A program made the translations under genes and the position numbers. A stretch of DNA of 64,000 bases, from contig OZ251240.1 in NCBI GenBank assembly GCA_965240325.2, forward strand, positions 1,054,001 through 1,118,000. The letters run 5' to 3'. The DNA is from Rebecca billardiae RCC1528 (Eukaryota; Protista; Haptophyta). Below the pieces are notes generated by a model that saw only the letters and a list, made by a program, of their open reading frames with translations, did not search any database and was not told where the DNA came from. Numbering within the stretch: the first letter of the stretch is position 1; the number at the start of each line of letters is the position of its first letter. Below are positions 32,933-45,899 of this stretch, in pieces.

Positions 32933-35900
32933 CGCCCTCGTCGCCGCCGCCGCCGCCGCCCGCGCCGCCGCCGCCCTCGCCCGCGCCGCCGCCTCCCGAG
33001 CGCGTGAACGTGACCGAGTTCGTCGCGGTGGTGGGCGTGGCGGAGACCGTCGACCTCTCCGCCGAGCCGTGGGTGTGGGACGGGACGCAGGTGAAGTGGC
33101 TGCCGCCGCCGACGGACGGAAACCCGCTCGACTGCACGCAGCCCGCGGTGCCCGACTACGGCGGCCTGATCACGTTCAGCGGGGGCGTCGGCACGTTCAC
33201 GTTCAACGTGACGGGCTTCGCCTTCCAGTACTGCTTCCTCCGCCCGGGCGAGGACGTGTGGACGCACGAGGAGACGATCCTGCTCGACGCGTTCGACCTG
33301 AGCGCGGTGCGCGCGCCGCTCGCGAGCAGCTTTGGCGGCCGCGTCGTCGCGGAGCAGACCACCGTCCTCGCCTTTGTCGGCGTCGGCGTGCAGTCCGGCG
33401 ACCAGGCCAAGTGGATCGCGCCGGCGGACGCCGACTGCGACGGCGCGAGCGCGCTCACCTCGGCTTCGGACGTGACGATCGAGGGCTCGCGCGGCGCGTT
33501 TGTGTTCCCGACGGCCGGCGTCGGCGGCAGCGCGCAGCTCTGCTACGCCTTCGCGGGCGAGCCGTACAAGCGCTACCCCGCCATCACCGTCAGCCTGATC
33601 GGCGTGACCTCGCGCCCGCTCGCGTCGACCGCGCTCGTCAGCGTGGCGACGGCGCTCACGCTGAGCGGCGTCGGGCTCTCCGACGGCGACGCGCTCAAGT
33701 GGGTGGCGCCGGGCGCGGCGTCGTGCGCCGGCTCCGCGCTCGCGTCCGCCGGCGGCCTCATCGCGCTCGACGCCTCGGCCGACGGCACCTCCGCCGACAC
33801 GGCGCCGTTTGTCGCGAGCGCTGGCGCGAGCGCGCTCGAGCTGTGCTACACGTTCGCCGGGCTGAGTCCGGTGCGGTACCCGGACATCACGCTGGACGTG
33901 CTCGGCGTGGACGGCCCCGCGTCGAGCCTCGCGGTCGCCGACGTGTCCAAGGCCATCTTCTTCGAGGGCACGGGCGTGGGCGAGGGCGACGGCGCGTACT
34001 GGGTCCGCGCGGCCGGCGCGACCAACTGCTCGGACCCGAGCGCGGCGGTCGGCCCGCAGGCGACGGTCGCCGCCGACCTGTCCGCCACGTTCCTGTTTGA
34101 CGTGCCGCAGGGCGACACGCTCGCGCTGTGCTACGCGTTCGGCGGCGCGACGCCGCCCGGCTCCTTCGCCCTCTTCGCCGGCGTCACGCTCACCATCGCG
34201 CGCATCGACGGCCCGACGGACGTGGGCGCCGTCGTCGCGACGCCCGAGACGGTCGAGTGGCTCGGCACGGCGGTGAGCACGGCGGACGCCTTCTTTTGGG
34301 CGGAGTCGGAGGCGGCGTGCAGCGCGGGCGAGCCGAGCGACGCCTATGGCGGGCTGGTCCCCGTCACCGCGCCGCGCGCGCGCACCGGCGTCTTCGAGCT
34401 CCTCGCCGCCGCGCCGGGCGGCACGCTCCGCCTGTGCTACCGGCACCGCTCGGAGCCGTTTCGGTTCTACGCTGCCGTCGTGCTGCGCACGCTCGAGATC
34501 ACCGGGCCGGCGTCGACGACGCTGGTGGTCGGCGTGCCGGAGGAGGTGGCGTTCACGGGCGTGGGCACGGGCCCCGACGACCTCGCCTTCTGGGCGCCCG
34601 CCTCGACCACCGAGTGCACCGTGCCGCCGGGCGGCTTTGGCGGCCTGCAGCCCGCGCCCGGCGGTGTGGCCACCTTTGAGACGGAGCTGGCCGACGAGGG
34701 CTTCAGGCTGTGCTACCGCTTCGCCGGCGAGTCGTACCGGCTGTACGCGGACTTCCGGATGGAGTCGCTCCAGGTCACCGGCCCCGCCTCCACCGTCACC
34801 GTCGCCAACGTGCCCGTCACCGTCACCTTCACCGGCGTCGGCGTGCGCGCCGGCGACACCGCCTACTGGGTGCCGTTTGGGCGCAGCAACTGCTCGGGGG
34901 CGCCCGCGCGCGCCGCGTACGGCGGCGAGGTGACGGTGGTCGACTCGGGCGCGTCGGGCGTGGTGGCGAGCTTCACGCCGACGGAGCACACGCAGGGCAC
35001 CGTGCTCACGCTGTGCTACAAGCACGGCGCCGAGCCGCACGCGCTCTACTCCGACGTGCGGCTGGACGTGTACGACATCACCGCGCCCGCGTACGCCGCG
35101 ATCGTGGTCGGCGTCGAGGAGCGCGTCTCCTTCGGCGGGTACCGCATCCTCGACGGCGACCGGGTCAAGTGGGTCGGTGCGGACGCGAGCTCGTGCGACG
35201 CCGAGCCCGCGCCGGGCTCGCCCGGCGAGCTCGTCGTCGCCTCGTCCGGCGTGGACGTGCTCTTCACCGCGCCCGCGCTTGGCTTGCAGCTGTGCTATCA
35301 ATTCTCCGGGCTCGCGTACCGGCTGTACGCCGCGGGCACGGCGGGCGCGTCGATCCTCGACGCGTACGAGGTGCTCGAGCCCGAGTTCACCCTCGCCGTC
35401 GCGGGCGTGCCCGAGCGCATCGACTTCACCGTCGTCGGCATGGCGGACGGCGACGTCGTCAAGTGGCTGCCGTGGGCCAACGGCACCGAGATCGACTGCG
35501 ACACGCCCGCCGACCGGCGCAACTACGGCGGCGAGGGCGTGCTCAACGGCACGCTCGCGACGATGACGTTCGCCTCCGCCGCGGAGGAGCTGCGCCTGTG
35601 CTACAAGCACGACGACGAGCCGTACACGTATTACGACGCCATCCGGCTGCGCGTCGTGCAGGTGCAGGCGCCGGCGAGCACCGTCGCGGTCGTCGGCGTG
35701 CGCGAGTTTGTCACGCTGAGCGGCGTCGGGCTGCTGCGCGGCGACGTGTTCTTCTGGGCGGAGGACGCGGCGCAGTGCGCCGCGGGCACGCCCTCCGCCG
35801 CGTACGGCGGCATCCTCGCCGCCTCGAGCTCGCTCGGCGCCAACTTCACGCTCGGCGCCGCGCCGGCGTCCGGCGTGTTGCACCTGTGCTACAAGCACGC

Positions 35901-38900
35901 GACCGAGCCGTTCGCCTACTACCCGAGCATCGAGCTGCTCGCGCGCACGCTCACGGGCCCGGCGTTCACGACCGCCGTGGTCGGCGTGGCCGAGACCGTG
36001 CTCCTCGAGGGCGTCGGCACGGGCCCCGCCGACAGCGCGTACTGGGTGGCCGCGTCCGCGCCGTCGTGCGACGTCGGCGCGAGCGCGGCGTTTGGCGGCG
36101 CCTTCGCCGCGCCGAACGGCACCGCCACGTTCGTCGCGACGGCGCCGTCGCTCGCGCTGCGCCTGTGCTACACGTTCGCCGGCGAGCCGCCCAAGCTCTA
36201 CTCCGAGCGCAGCGCCGACGCGATCGCCCTCGAGGCGCTCACCGTGAGCGGGCCGGCGCTCACGCGCGCCGTGCTCGGCGTGAACGAGACGGTGGTCTTC
36301 AGCGGCGTCGGCGTCCGAGATGGCGATCTCGCGTACTGGGTGGGCGGCTCGGCGTCGGGCTGCGGCGCCGGGCCGTCGGCGGAGCTCGGCGGCGCGCAGC
36401 GCATCGCCAGCCGCGCGGCGACCTGGGCCTTTGGCCGCACCACGCAGGACGACGGCGGCGGGCTGCGGCTTTGTTATAAGCACGGCGCCGAGCCGGCGCT
36501 GCTCTACGCGGCGCTCAGGGCGGAGGTGTTCGACGTGGTCGCGCCCGCGTTCTCGCAGGTGGTGGCGGGCGTGGCCGAGTCGGTGGCGTTCGTCGGGTAC
36601 GGCGTGGGCGCGGGCGACCTCGCCAAGTGGGTCGAGCCCGACGCCGCCGACTGCGCCGCCTCGCCGTACGGCCCGGCGGCGAGCGTCGCGGCCGACGGCA
36701 CGGCGACCTTCTCGCTGCCGAGCGGCGGGCTCGGCCTCGCGCTCTGCTACAAGTTCGGCGCCGAGCCGTACAAGAAGTACGGCGGGCTCACGCTGGACTC
36801 GCTCCAGGCCACCTCGCCCGCGCGCACCGTCGTCGTCGTCGGCGTGCCCGAGGCCCTCGCCCTCGGCGGCCCGGGCGTCGAGGCCGGCGACGAGCTGTTC
36901 CTCGCGCCGCTCGTGAACGGCAGCGCGCCCGACTGCGCGGCCACCGCGCCGCGCGCGGCGTGGGGCGGGCTGCTCACGCTCGACGGCTCGCTGCGCGCGA
37001 GCGTCTCGATCAGCGAGGCGCACCCGCGGCTGCGCGTGTGCTACAAGCACCGCGACGAGCCGTACGCCTACTATCGCGAGCTGGTCGTGGTGGGCGCGCA
37101 GGTGCAGTCGCCCGCGCTCACGGTCGCGGTGAAGGATGCGGCCGAGCCGCTCGCGCTCGGCGGCGTGGGGCTGGGCGCGGGCGACCGCGCGTACTGGGTG
37201 GCCGCGGGCTCGTCCGACTGCGCGGCCGCGCTCGAGCCGAGCGGCGCGGACGCGAGCCTCGGCGGCGCCTTCAACTTGACCGCGCCCGGCGCGGGCGCGT
37301 TCACGCCGCTCTCGACGACGTCGGCGGCCGAGCTGTGCTTCCAGTTTGCGGGCGAGCCGTTCCGGCACTACCCGGGCGTGACGCTCGACGTGTACGAAGT
37401 GACGGGCTTCACGGGCGCGGCGCGCGCGGTGGTCGGCGCGACGCAGCCCATCGAGATCGGCGGCGTCGGCGTCGCCGAGGGCGACCGCGCGTACTGGGCG
37501 CCCGCGGGCGCCACGGCGTGCGGCACGCCTCTCGAGCAGTACGGTGGCCTGCGCGCGCTCGACGGCTCGCTCAGCGCGTCGTTCACCTTCCTCGCGGGCT
37601 CGTCGGGCGAGGGCTTCCAGCTGTGCTACTCGTTCCGCGCCGAGCCCTTCTTCCTGTACTCGCAGTACACCATCGACGTGCTCGCGATCACCGGGCCGTT
37701 CGTCGTGCTCGCGCAGCAGGCCGTGCCCGAAACGGTCACGTTCGTGGGCGCGGGCATCCGAGAGGGCGACCTGGCGTACTGGCAGGCCGTGCCGGAGACG
37801 GAGGACGCGTCGGGCGTGGTGTGCAACGAGACGCTGCGCGAGGGCGAGGTCGCGACGGTCAGCGCCGCCGGCGTCGGCGCCTTCACCTTCGAGCAGATCG
37901 TCTCCGGGCTGCAGCTCTGCTACCGGTTCGGCGGCGCTTCCGAGGGGCTGCCGTGGCGCCGCTTCTCCGCGCTCACGCTCACCGTCACGTACGCAGACGA
38001 CCCGTTCGTCACGGCGGAGTTCTTGGAGATCGTGCCGCGCGCGGCGGCGATCACGCTCGAGACGAGCGTCACCATCCGCGCCACCGGCCTCGAGGCCGCC
38101 GCGCAGGAGCAGGGCATCCTGCGCTGCGTGTTTGCGGGCGCGCAGGTACCGCTGGCGTCGCTCACTCTGGACGTGGACGGCGACGTCGACGAGATCGCGT
38201 GCGTCGCGCCCGCGCGGCAGACGGTGGGGCCGCGCTCGCTCGCGCTGATCGCGCTGGAGAACGACCCCGACGGCAACCCGCGCCGCCCCGTCATCGTCTC
38301 CAACACCTTCCTCTACTACAACAACTCGCAGGTCGTGGTCGGCGCCCTCTTCCCGCCGGGCGTGCCGCAGGGCTCGGGCTCGACCGGCGCGATCGTGATC
38401 ACCGGCGTCAACTTCGCCGACTACGGCGACCTGCGGGTGGCGTTCGCGGGGAAGGGGGTCGTGCCGGCGACGCAGCCCGACGCGGGCAAGTCCGAGCTCC
38501 TCGTCGAGCCGCCGTACATCTCGCCCACCGAGCCTGTCGGCGACATTGTCGTCGAGGTGTCGCTCAACGGCCAGGCGTTCACCACGTCGCGCGCGCTCTT
38601 CAGCCTCTACTCGGCCACCGTGCAGTCCGCCGAGCCGGCGGGGCTGCCGATCGAGCCCGTGCCGGAGATCCGCCGCGCGCGGCGGCTGCAGGACGACACG
38701 TCGACCGTCACGCTCACCGGCCTCGGCTTCCGCGAGCTCGGCCTCACCGCGTGCTTCTTTGTGCCCGCGGACGGCGGCGCGGTGCTCGAGACGGCGGGCG
38801 AGGTCGTCGACGCGACGACCGCGCACTGCGCGTCGCCCGCGGGCGCGCCCGCGGGCGAGTACGCCATCCGGATCTCGGTGAACGGCGGCGTCAACCTCGT

Positions 38901-41900
38901 GCCCAACTTCTTCGACGAGATCACCTTCGAGCTGTACGACATCACCGAGTCCAGCCTCACCGCCGTGCAGCCGGCGGGCGGGCCGGTCGCGGGCGGCACG
39001 CTGGTCACGCTCACCGGCACCAACCTGCGCCGGTACGGCGCCAACCGGCTGTGCTGCGTGATCGGCGGCATCGACGGCTGCGCGGCGCCGGCGACGCTGC
39101 TCGCGAGCACGGTCGCGGGCGTGCAGCGCGTGCGCTGCGCGCTCCCCGCCGCGCCCGCGGGCGCGGGCCGAGTGCCGTTCGAGCTCTCGCTCAACCGCGG
39201 CGGCGACTTCTCGGTAACCTCCTCGGGGCTGAGCTTCTACTACTACGAGACGCCGACGATCTCGGCGATCTCGCCGCGCGTGGGCACGGCCTTTGGCGGC
39301 ACGCCGACGCTGCTCGAGGGCAGCGGCTTCCTCGGCCTCGCCGAGCTGCCCGGCGGCGTCGAGCTCCTGCGCGTCAAGTACGGCAGCGTGGTCGCGGCCG
39401 CGCCGGCCGTCGTCAACGACACGCACATCGAGCAGCTCGCGCCGTGGGGCCCGGCGGGCGTCGCGTCCGTGACGGTCGCGCTCAACGGGCGGCAGTTCAG
39501 CGCGGGGCGCCCGTTCAACGCGAGCACGGACACGCTCTTCGAGTTCGTCGGCGAGCACCAGCCCGCCGTCGTCGACGCGCGCTTCGACGACTCGGGCACC
39601 GAGCTGATTGTGCAGTTCGACGACCAGCCGACCGACCGCGCAGGCATGACCGGCTCGGGGCTTTGCTCGCGGGTGCTCGACGCCGCGACGGTCGCGCGGA
39701 TCCGTGGCACCGCGACGGCGGCGCCGCGGTGCTACTGGGCGAGCGACACGCAGCTGCGCGCGCAGCTCAACTACCTCACCGCCCTCTCGCCCGGCGACAC
39801 GGTCACCCTGCAGCCCGACCGGATCAAGCCGCGCATCTCGACGGCCACGTGCCCGGACCCGATCTGCGCGGCGGGCTCGGCGACGATCGACTTCGACACG
39901 CCGTGCGCGAGCTGCCCGACGCCGCGCGCGCGGCTCTCGGGCGTCTCGCGCATCTCGACGTGCCCGACCGACGTGCTCACCCTCGACGCGACGCAGTCGA
40001 GCGGCGGCGGCATCAAGCCGCTCCTGTACCGCTGGTCGGTCGACCCGACGCAGACGGACTTTGCAGACGAGGTGAAGGCGGTGCTCAGCGGCCTGCCGTC
40101 GAGCACGTCGGTGCTCGAGCTCTCGACGCAGCTCCCCGCGCTCGCGAACAACTTCGTCTTCCTCCTCCGCGTCGAGAGCTTCCTCGGCACCGCCTCGACC
40201 GAGCTGCAGTGGACGGTCTCGCGCTCCGGCGGGCCGAGCCCCAAGGTTGTGATCCCGGGCGGGTTCGAGCGCACCTCGTTCGCCGCGGACACGGTGCAGC
40301 TGACGGCGCGCGCGACGCTCGCCGACTGCTACGCCGCCGTCTCGGGCAGCTCGATCTTCCGCGTCAACTTCGCGTGGTCGGTCGTGCAGGTCGAGGACGA
40401 GAGCGGCGCCGTGCTCAGCGAGAGCGTCGCGCTGCCCGCCTCCGCGTCCGCCGCGACGATGCAGCTGGAGCCGTACACGCTCACGGCCGGCCGCACGTAC
40501 GTGCTGCGCTGCACGGCCACCATGGCCGACGTCTCGACCGCGCAGTCGTTCGCGCAGGTCCGGCTGAGCGTCGCCGCGGTCGGGCTGCAGGCGGTGATCG
40601 CCGGCGGGAGGCGCACGGTCACGGACCAGCTCGTGCTCAGCGTCGACGGCTCCGCCTCCTTTGACCCCAACATCGCGCTCACGCAGCTCGACTCGGACGG
40701 CGAGCTCTTCGACCCCGACCTGCGGTACGCGTGGAGCGCCGTCGTCAAGTCGAGCGGCGCGGCGCTCGCGCTGCCGGCCTCGGCGACGAGCAGCGCGGCG
40801 GTGCTCTCGGTGCAGCCGGGCACGATCGGCGTGGGCACGTACGTGTTCACGCTCACACTCTCCAAGGATGGCTTCACCTCCGCCTCGGCCTCGGTCGAGA
40901 TCACCGTCGTGACGGGCCTGGTCCCCTCCATCCTCTTCCCCGCGCTCACGCGCACCAAGTACTCGCCGACGTGGACGCGCGACACCGAGCGCTTCGCCAT
41001 CGAGACGGCGCTCGACTCGGTCTCGGCCGCGCGCACCGACATCTCGTGGTCGTACGCGTGGCGCGCGTTCGCCGTCGGCGACGCCGACGCGCGCGTCGAC
41101 GCCGGTCTCGACCTGGCGGACACGGCGTCGACGACGACCGCGGGCGCGAGCTCGCTCGTACTTGGATTCTACTCCGGCGTGCTCACGCCCGGCGCGACGT
41201 ACGCCTTCGAGCTGACGGTGAGCGGCGGCGCGTCGGCGGCGGTCGGCGAGATCGTCGTCGTGATGAACCGCCCGCCCTTTGGCGGCGACCTCGTCGTCGA
41301 CCCGCCGACGGGCGTCGAGCTCGAGACGTCGTTCACGTTCACCGCGACGGGTTGGACGGACGACGACCTCCCCCTCACGTACACGTACGCACACCGGCTG
41401 CTCGACTCGGACGTGCTCGTGCAGCTCACGCAGACGCAGGACCAGCGCGCGCTCGACATCCTCATCCCGCGCGGCGAGCGGGCCGTCGTCCTCTCCGTGC
41501 GCGACGCGCTGAGCGCGGCGACGACGCAGGAGGCGGAGGTGAACGTGACGATGCTTGCGACCGTCTCGGCTGAGCTGATCGAGAGCTCGCTCGCGAAGAC
41601 GGACACGTCGCTGGACACGCAGAACACGGACAGCGCGTTCGCCATCGCGTCCGCGCTTGCGTCCGCCGCGTTCACGAGCGACTCGACGAGCGGGAGCCGT
41701 CGGCGCGTGCTCTCGGCCGGGCCTGCGGGCGGCGGCTTGGCGGGCGCGGCCGGCCGCCGGCTGCAGGTCTCGCCGAGCCCGCCGCCGAGCCCGCCGCCGA
41801 GCGCGCCGCCGACCCCGCCGCCGAGCCCGCCGCCGCGCCCGCCGCCGAGCCCGCCGCCGCGCGCGCCGCCCAGCCCGCCGCCGACCCCGCCGCCCAGCCC

Positions 41901-44900
41901 GCCGCCCGCGGCCGCCGCGCCGCCGAGCCCGCCGCCCAGCCCGCCGCCGAGCGTGCCGCCGAGCCCGCCGCCGAGCCCGCCGCCGCGCCCGCCGCCGAGC
42001 CCGCCGCCGCGCGCGCCGCCGAGCCCGCCGCCGAGCCCGCCGCCGAGCCCGCCGCCGCCACGCCCGCCGCCGAGCCCGCCGCCGCCGCCGGCGCCTCCGC
42101 CCAGCCCGCCGCCCCCGAGCCCGCCGCCGAGCCCGCCGCCGCCCTCTCCGCCGCCGTCGCCGCCGCCGCCGTCGCCGCCCCCGAGCCCGCCCAGCCCGCT
42201 GATCGACCCGGGGCTGGTGACGTTGGCGCGCAGCCTCCTCACGCAGATGCAGCGCGCGCTGAGCACCAACCTGCTCGCGTCGACGGTGGACCAGGCCGCG
42301 TCGACGCTCTCCTCCATCACCGACGACCCCACCTTCCTCGACGAGGACAACCAGTTCCTCGCGTTCCGGCTGCTCAACCTGCTGATGGGCGTCGACCCCG
42401 AGGCGGGGCTGTCCACGTCGACGGTCGCGGCGGTGATGACGGTCTTCGACTCGCTGCTCACGGCGGACACGGCGAGCATCGACCCGCACAACGTGACCGC
42501 GCTCAACGCCCTCGCGCAGACCGCCGCGCGCAACCTCATCTCCGCGCTCCTCGCCGGCACGCTTCCGTTCGAACCGCCGAAGGAAGTCGTCACCTCGGCG
42601 TTCAGCTCGACGGTGCTGCGCGGCACCGAGGCCTCGCTCTCCGACCTGAGCCTCTCGCAGCCGGGCTCGTCGGAGGGGTTCACCGTGCCCGTCGGCGCGC
42701 TCTCCGGCGCGTCCGACGCGGACATCGCCGACGGCGTCGACCTCACCCTCATCCGCTGGGGCCGCGTCACGCACATGGACCCGTCGAACCAGACGCTCTA
42801 CGCCGACTCGGAGGACGCGCGCGCGCTCGGCCCGTGGTCGGCGGGCTACCAGCTCTCGGCCGAGTTCCGCTCGGTGGGCTCGGGCGAGGCGCTCGCGGTG
42901 TCGGGGCTCGACAGGCGCTTCGTCTTCTCCTTCCCCGTCGCCGGCGTCGACCTGTGCGAGTACAACAGGCCGGTGCGCTGCTCGTGGTGGGACGAGGACC
43001 GGCAGGCGTGGTCGCTCAGCGGCTGCATCACGCGCCGCTCGTGGCAGTACGGCTTCGAGTCGGACACGGCGACGTGCGCCAACCGCGACCCGCCGCTGCG
43101 CTTCGGCGTGGTGACGTGCGCGTGCAACCACCTCACCGACTTCACCGCGATCGAGTGGCCCAACCGCCCGGAGGAGCTCGCCGCGTCGGGCAAGTCGTTC
43201 TCGACCAACGACGTCGACGGCGACGACGTCGAGGCGGTCGTGCTCGGCGAGGAGGCGTTCTCGAACATTCTGTACTGGGTGGTGCTCTCGTTCGGGCTTG
43301 CGAACTTCGTGACCGTCGCGATCCTCGGCGCGATCGACTACGCCGAGACCAAGCGCCGCCGCGCCGAGCTCGCCGAGAGCGACGCGGTCGCCGCCGAGCG
43401 CGCCGCCAAGACCGCCGCGGCCACCGAGGCCAAGCGCGCGGCCGACGAGGTGCGCGAGAGCCAGGCCGGGCTGCAGGGCGCGGCGGCGCGCGCGCAGAAG
43501 GCGGTGTGGACGACGCTGCTCCGCTCGCTCGAGCAGCAGCACACCGTGCTCGGCATCTGGTTCGGCGACCCGCACGAGTCGAACCGCGCCGAGCTGTGCC
43601 AGACGTTTTGGAATCTCGCGATGCTCTGCCTTCTCATTGAGTGCCTTCTCTTCGACCCGGGCAGCGGCACGGGCTCGCGCCGCGGCAGCCTCTCGGTCGG
43701 CGGCGGCGCGGACGACGCGCCCGTCTCCGCCGTGCACATCCTGCTCGCCGGGCTGATCGCCGGCGCGATCGCCGTGCCCGCGCTCGTCTTCTTCAAGCTC
43801 GTGTTCGCGTGCGCGCACGGACGGCCGGTGCCCGTGTTCAGTCGAATGCTCGCGGCGTGCGTCGGCACGGAGATGGTGGATCGCGAGCTGGCGCAGCAGG
43901 CGGCGTCGACGCAGGAGCGCGCGTCGCGCGCCGACGCGCGCGCCGAGTCGGGCATCCAGACGCGCCCGCTCCCGCCGCCGCGCGAGCCCGCCGCCGCGCC
44001 CGCGGCCAAGTCCGCGCGCGGCGGCGGCGACGTGATTGTGCCGCAGTCGACCGCGGCGGCGAGTGGCAAGGTGGTGGAGCCCGCGGCCGCCAAGGGCGGC
44101 GCGAAGGGCTCGCCGTATCAGACGACGCGCGCGGACGTGCCGGTCGCGCCCGAGGATCCGTCCGAGGGCCCGCCGTCGAGCCCGCCGCCCGGCCCGCCGC
44201 CGCCGCCGCCGCCCGGCCCGCGCCCGCCGCGCCCGCCGCCGCCCGGCCGCGAGGGCGCGGGCGGGAGCGCGGAGGAGGATGCGCGGATCGCGCGCTACTC
44301 GGACGCGGCGATCGACCACGGGCTGAAGGAGTCGGTGGTGAGCAGCCTGCGCGCGCGCTTCGTCGCGCTCGACCGCGACGGCTCGGGCTCGATGGACGTG
44401 GCCGAGGTCGGCGTCCTCTCCTCCCAGATGGGCCTTAGCCTCGCGCCCAAGCAGCTCCAGAAGGTGATGGCCTCGCTCGACTCCAGCGGCAACGGCACCG
44501 TCTCGTTCGCCGAGCTGCTGCTGTGGTACGACGGGATGGTGCAGGTGCGTGCCGCGCGCCGCGCCGTGCCTGCCGCGCGCCGCCCCGCGCGCGCGCGCCG
44601 ATCGTTCGACGCGCGAGAGAGAGGCAGGGACGCCGCGGCACGGCGCGCCGCGCGCGCGCGCTTGGCGCTCACGCGCGCGCCGCCCCCTCCGCGCGCGCGT
44701 GCAAACGCGCCCTCCGCGCGCGCGTGCAAACGCGCGCGCACAGATGGCCGTGGAGCGGCAGGCCGAGCTGCAGGCACGGGGCGGGCGCGGCGCGGGCTCG
44801 AGCTTCGCGGCGTGCGTCGTCGCGATCACGCCGCCGCGCATCGTGCGCCGCGTGCTCGCGTGGCTCGTGATGTGGGCGTGCTTCGTCACGTTTGCGCTCC

Positions 44901-45273
44901 TCTCGCTCGCGTACTCGCTGTCGTTCGGGGACACGCTCACGCGCGCGATGCTCTCGTCGTTCGCGATCGCGGAGGGGCAGGCGCTGGTGATCGAGGTGCG
45001 CTGCTGCTGCGCGCGAGGCGTGCTGCGCGCGCGCGCCGCAGCCGCGCCCCCGGCCGCTCGCTCACTCTCTGCTGCGCCCCGACCCTTTTTTTATTCTGGA
45101 TTGGAAAAAAACAACTCCTCCCACGCCCGCAGGAGCCGATGCTGATCGCCATGGCGGTCTTCCTGCCGTACATGGTCGACAGGTGCTTTGGCACGAGCGA
45201 GGCGAGCGCCGCGCAGGTCGACGCGATGCTCGCCTCAGGCATGAGCAAGCAGCTCGGCGGCACCGCCCGCTGA
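23200..45273 (+). CDS. Giant polycystin-1-like (REJ/GAIN-GPS) surface receptor, ~7,245 aa; exons 23200-44544, 44744-44995, 45133-45273 (start may be 23110 or later)
   Basis: Hydrophobic N-terminus; SP3 rod; 17 x ~100-aa repeats; IPT/TIG-like domains (P..GP..GGT.VT..G.N..V.VS.NG); REJ-like N.PP.GG...V.P..G..LET.F.F...GW.D; GPS CSWWD..WSLSGC..CACNHLTDF; PKD1-like TM block; EF-hand pair. Two GT..CAG introns (199+137 nt) restore the last TMs. Confidence 0.9.
23650..32424 (+). repeat. Coding tandem array of (Ser-Pro3)n, ~2,925 codons, with periodic SPPPP units
   Basis: 12-nt unit (AGC/TCG CCG CCG CCG) with heavy synonymous variation. Smaller SP-rich tracts at 32794-32997 and 41770-42198. Confidence 0.98.
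33001..37990 (+). repeat. 17 tandem ~95-105-aa protein repeats within the giant gene
   Basis: Each unit reads GxG..GD..(F/Y/K)W....C....GG....F....LCY.(F/H)..EP..Y. I count 17 LCY/YCF/LCF/VCY cores. Confidence 0.85.
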
Positions 45274-45899
45274 GTGGCGCTGCCAGCGCACAGCACGGCC
45301 AGCCACTGCCAGCGCTCTCTGCGAGGGGCACTCACCCGGAGTCACCGGCACGCCTGACGCGCCGCCGGTGGTTGGTGATCTATCTTCTTGCAATCAGAAC
45401 GACGCTTGCTTGCATGCATGACGCAGTCGGGCACGCAGATCCAGATCCCCGAAGGCAAGAGGAGAACTTCCAAGGCACCCGCCTGCTACAGCCGTCGACG
45501 GGCTCGAGTCGACGGCTGCAGGCCGCAGCGGTGTGTTCCCGCACTGACATTGTACATCACTATATATATATCAGTCATCGTCGCGTCATCACCGAATACC
45601 GATTCGTCACGCAATGATTCACTGACATCACTGTCGTTACGACTGATGCTGTCGTCATCATTCAGCATCCCGGTCCCGGAGCCACTACCGTCAATGTCTC
45701 ACTATGACTAACTACTAGTCGGCGTAATCGACTGGATGACAATGACAATGCACTGTTGCACAATGAATGACAATGGCGACTGCAGGCGGAGGAGTCTTGC
45801 CAGCGCAGCACTCGCGTTCAAACGGCTGCGCGCTCTGCTGCTCGCGGCAGCAAACGGCGGCCGGAAGCTCGCGCGCGGCCCCCCACCGCCATCGTCGTC

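Noticed and set aside
23415-44940. Huge alternative-frame ORFs (poly-Arg, poly-Gly GGGL, AAEP; 2,000-4,300 aa) overlapping the giant gene
   Set aside because: Shadow frames of a stop-poor GC-rich coding repeat. Only the SPPP frame connects to recognisable domains.
44545-45132. ORF-track C-terminus of the 7604-aa ORF (VRAARRAVP...)
   Set aside because: Read-through of two introns whose lengths sum to 336 nt. The real exon 44744-44995 is in another frame.
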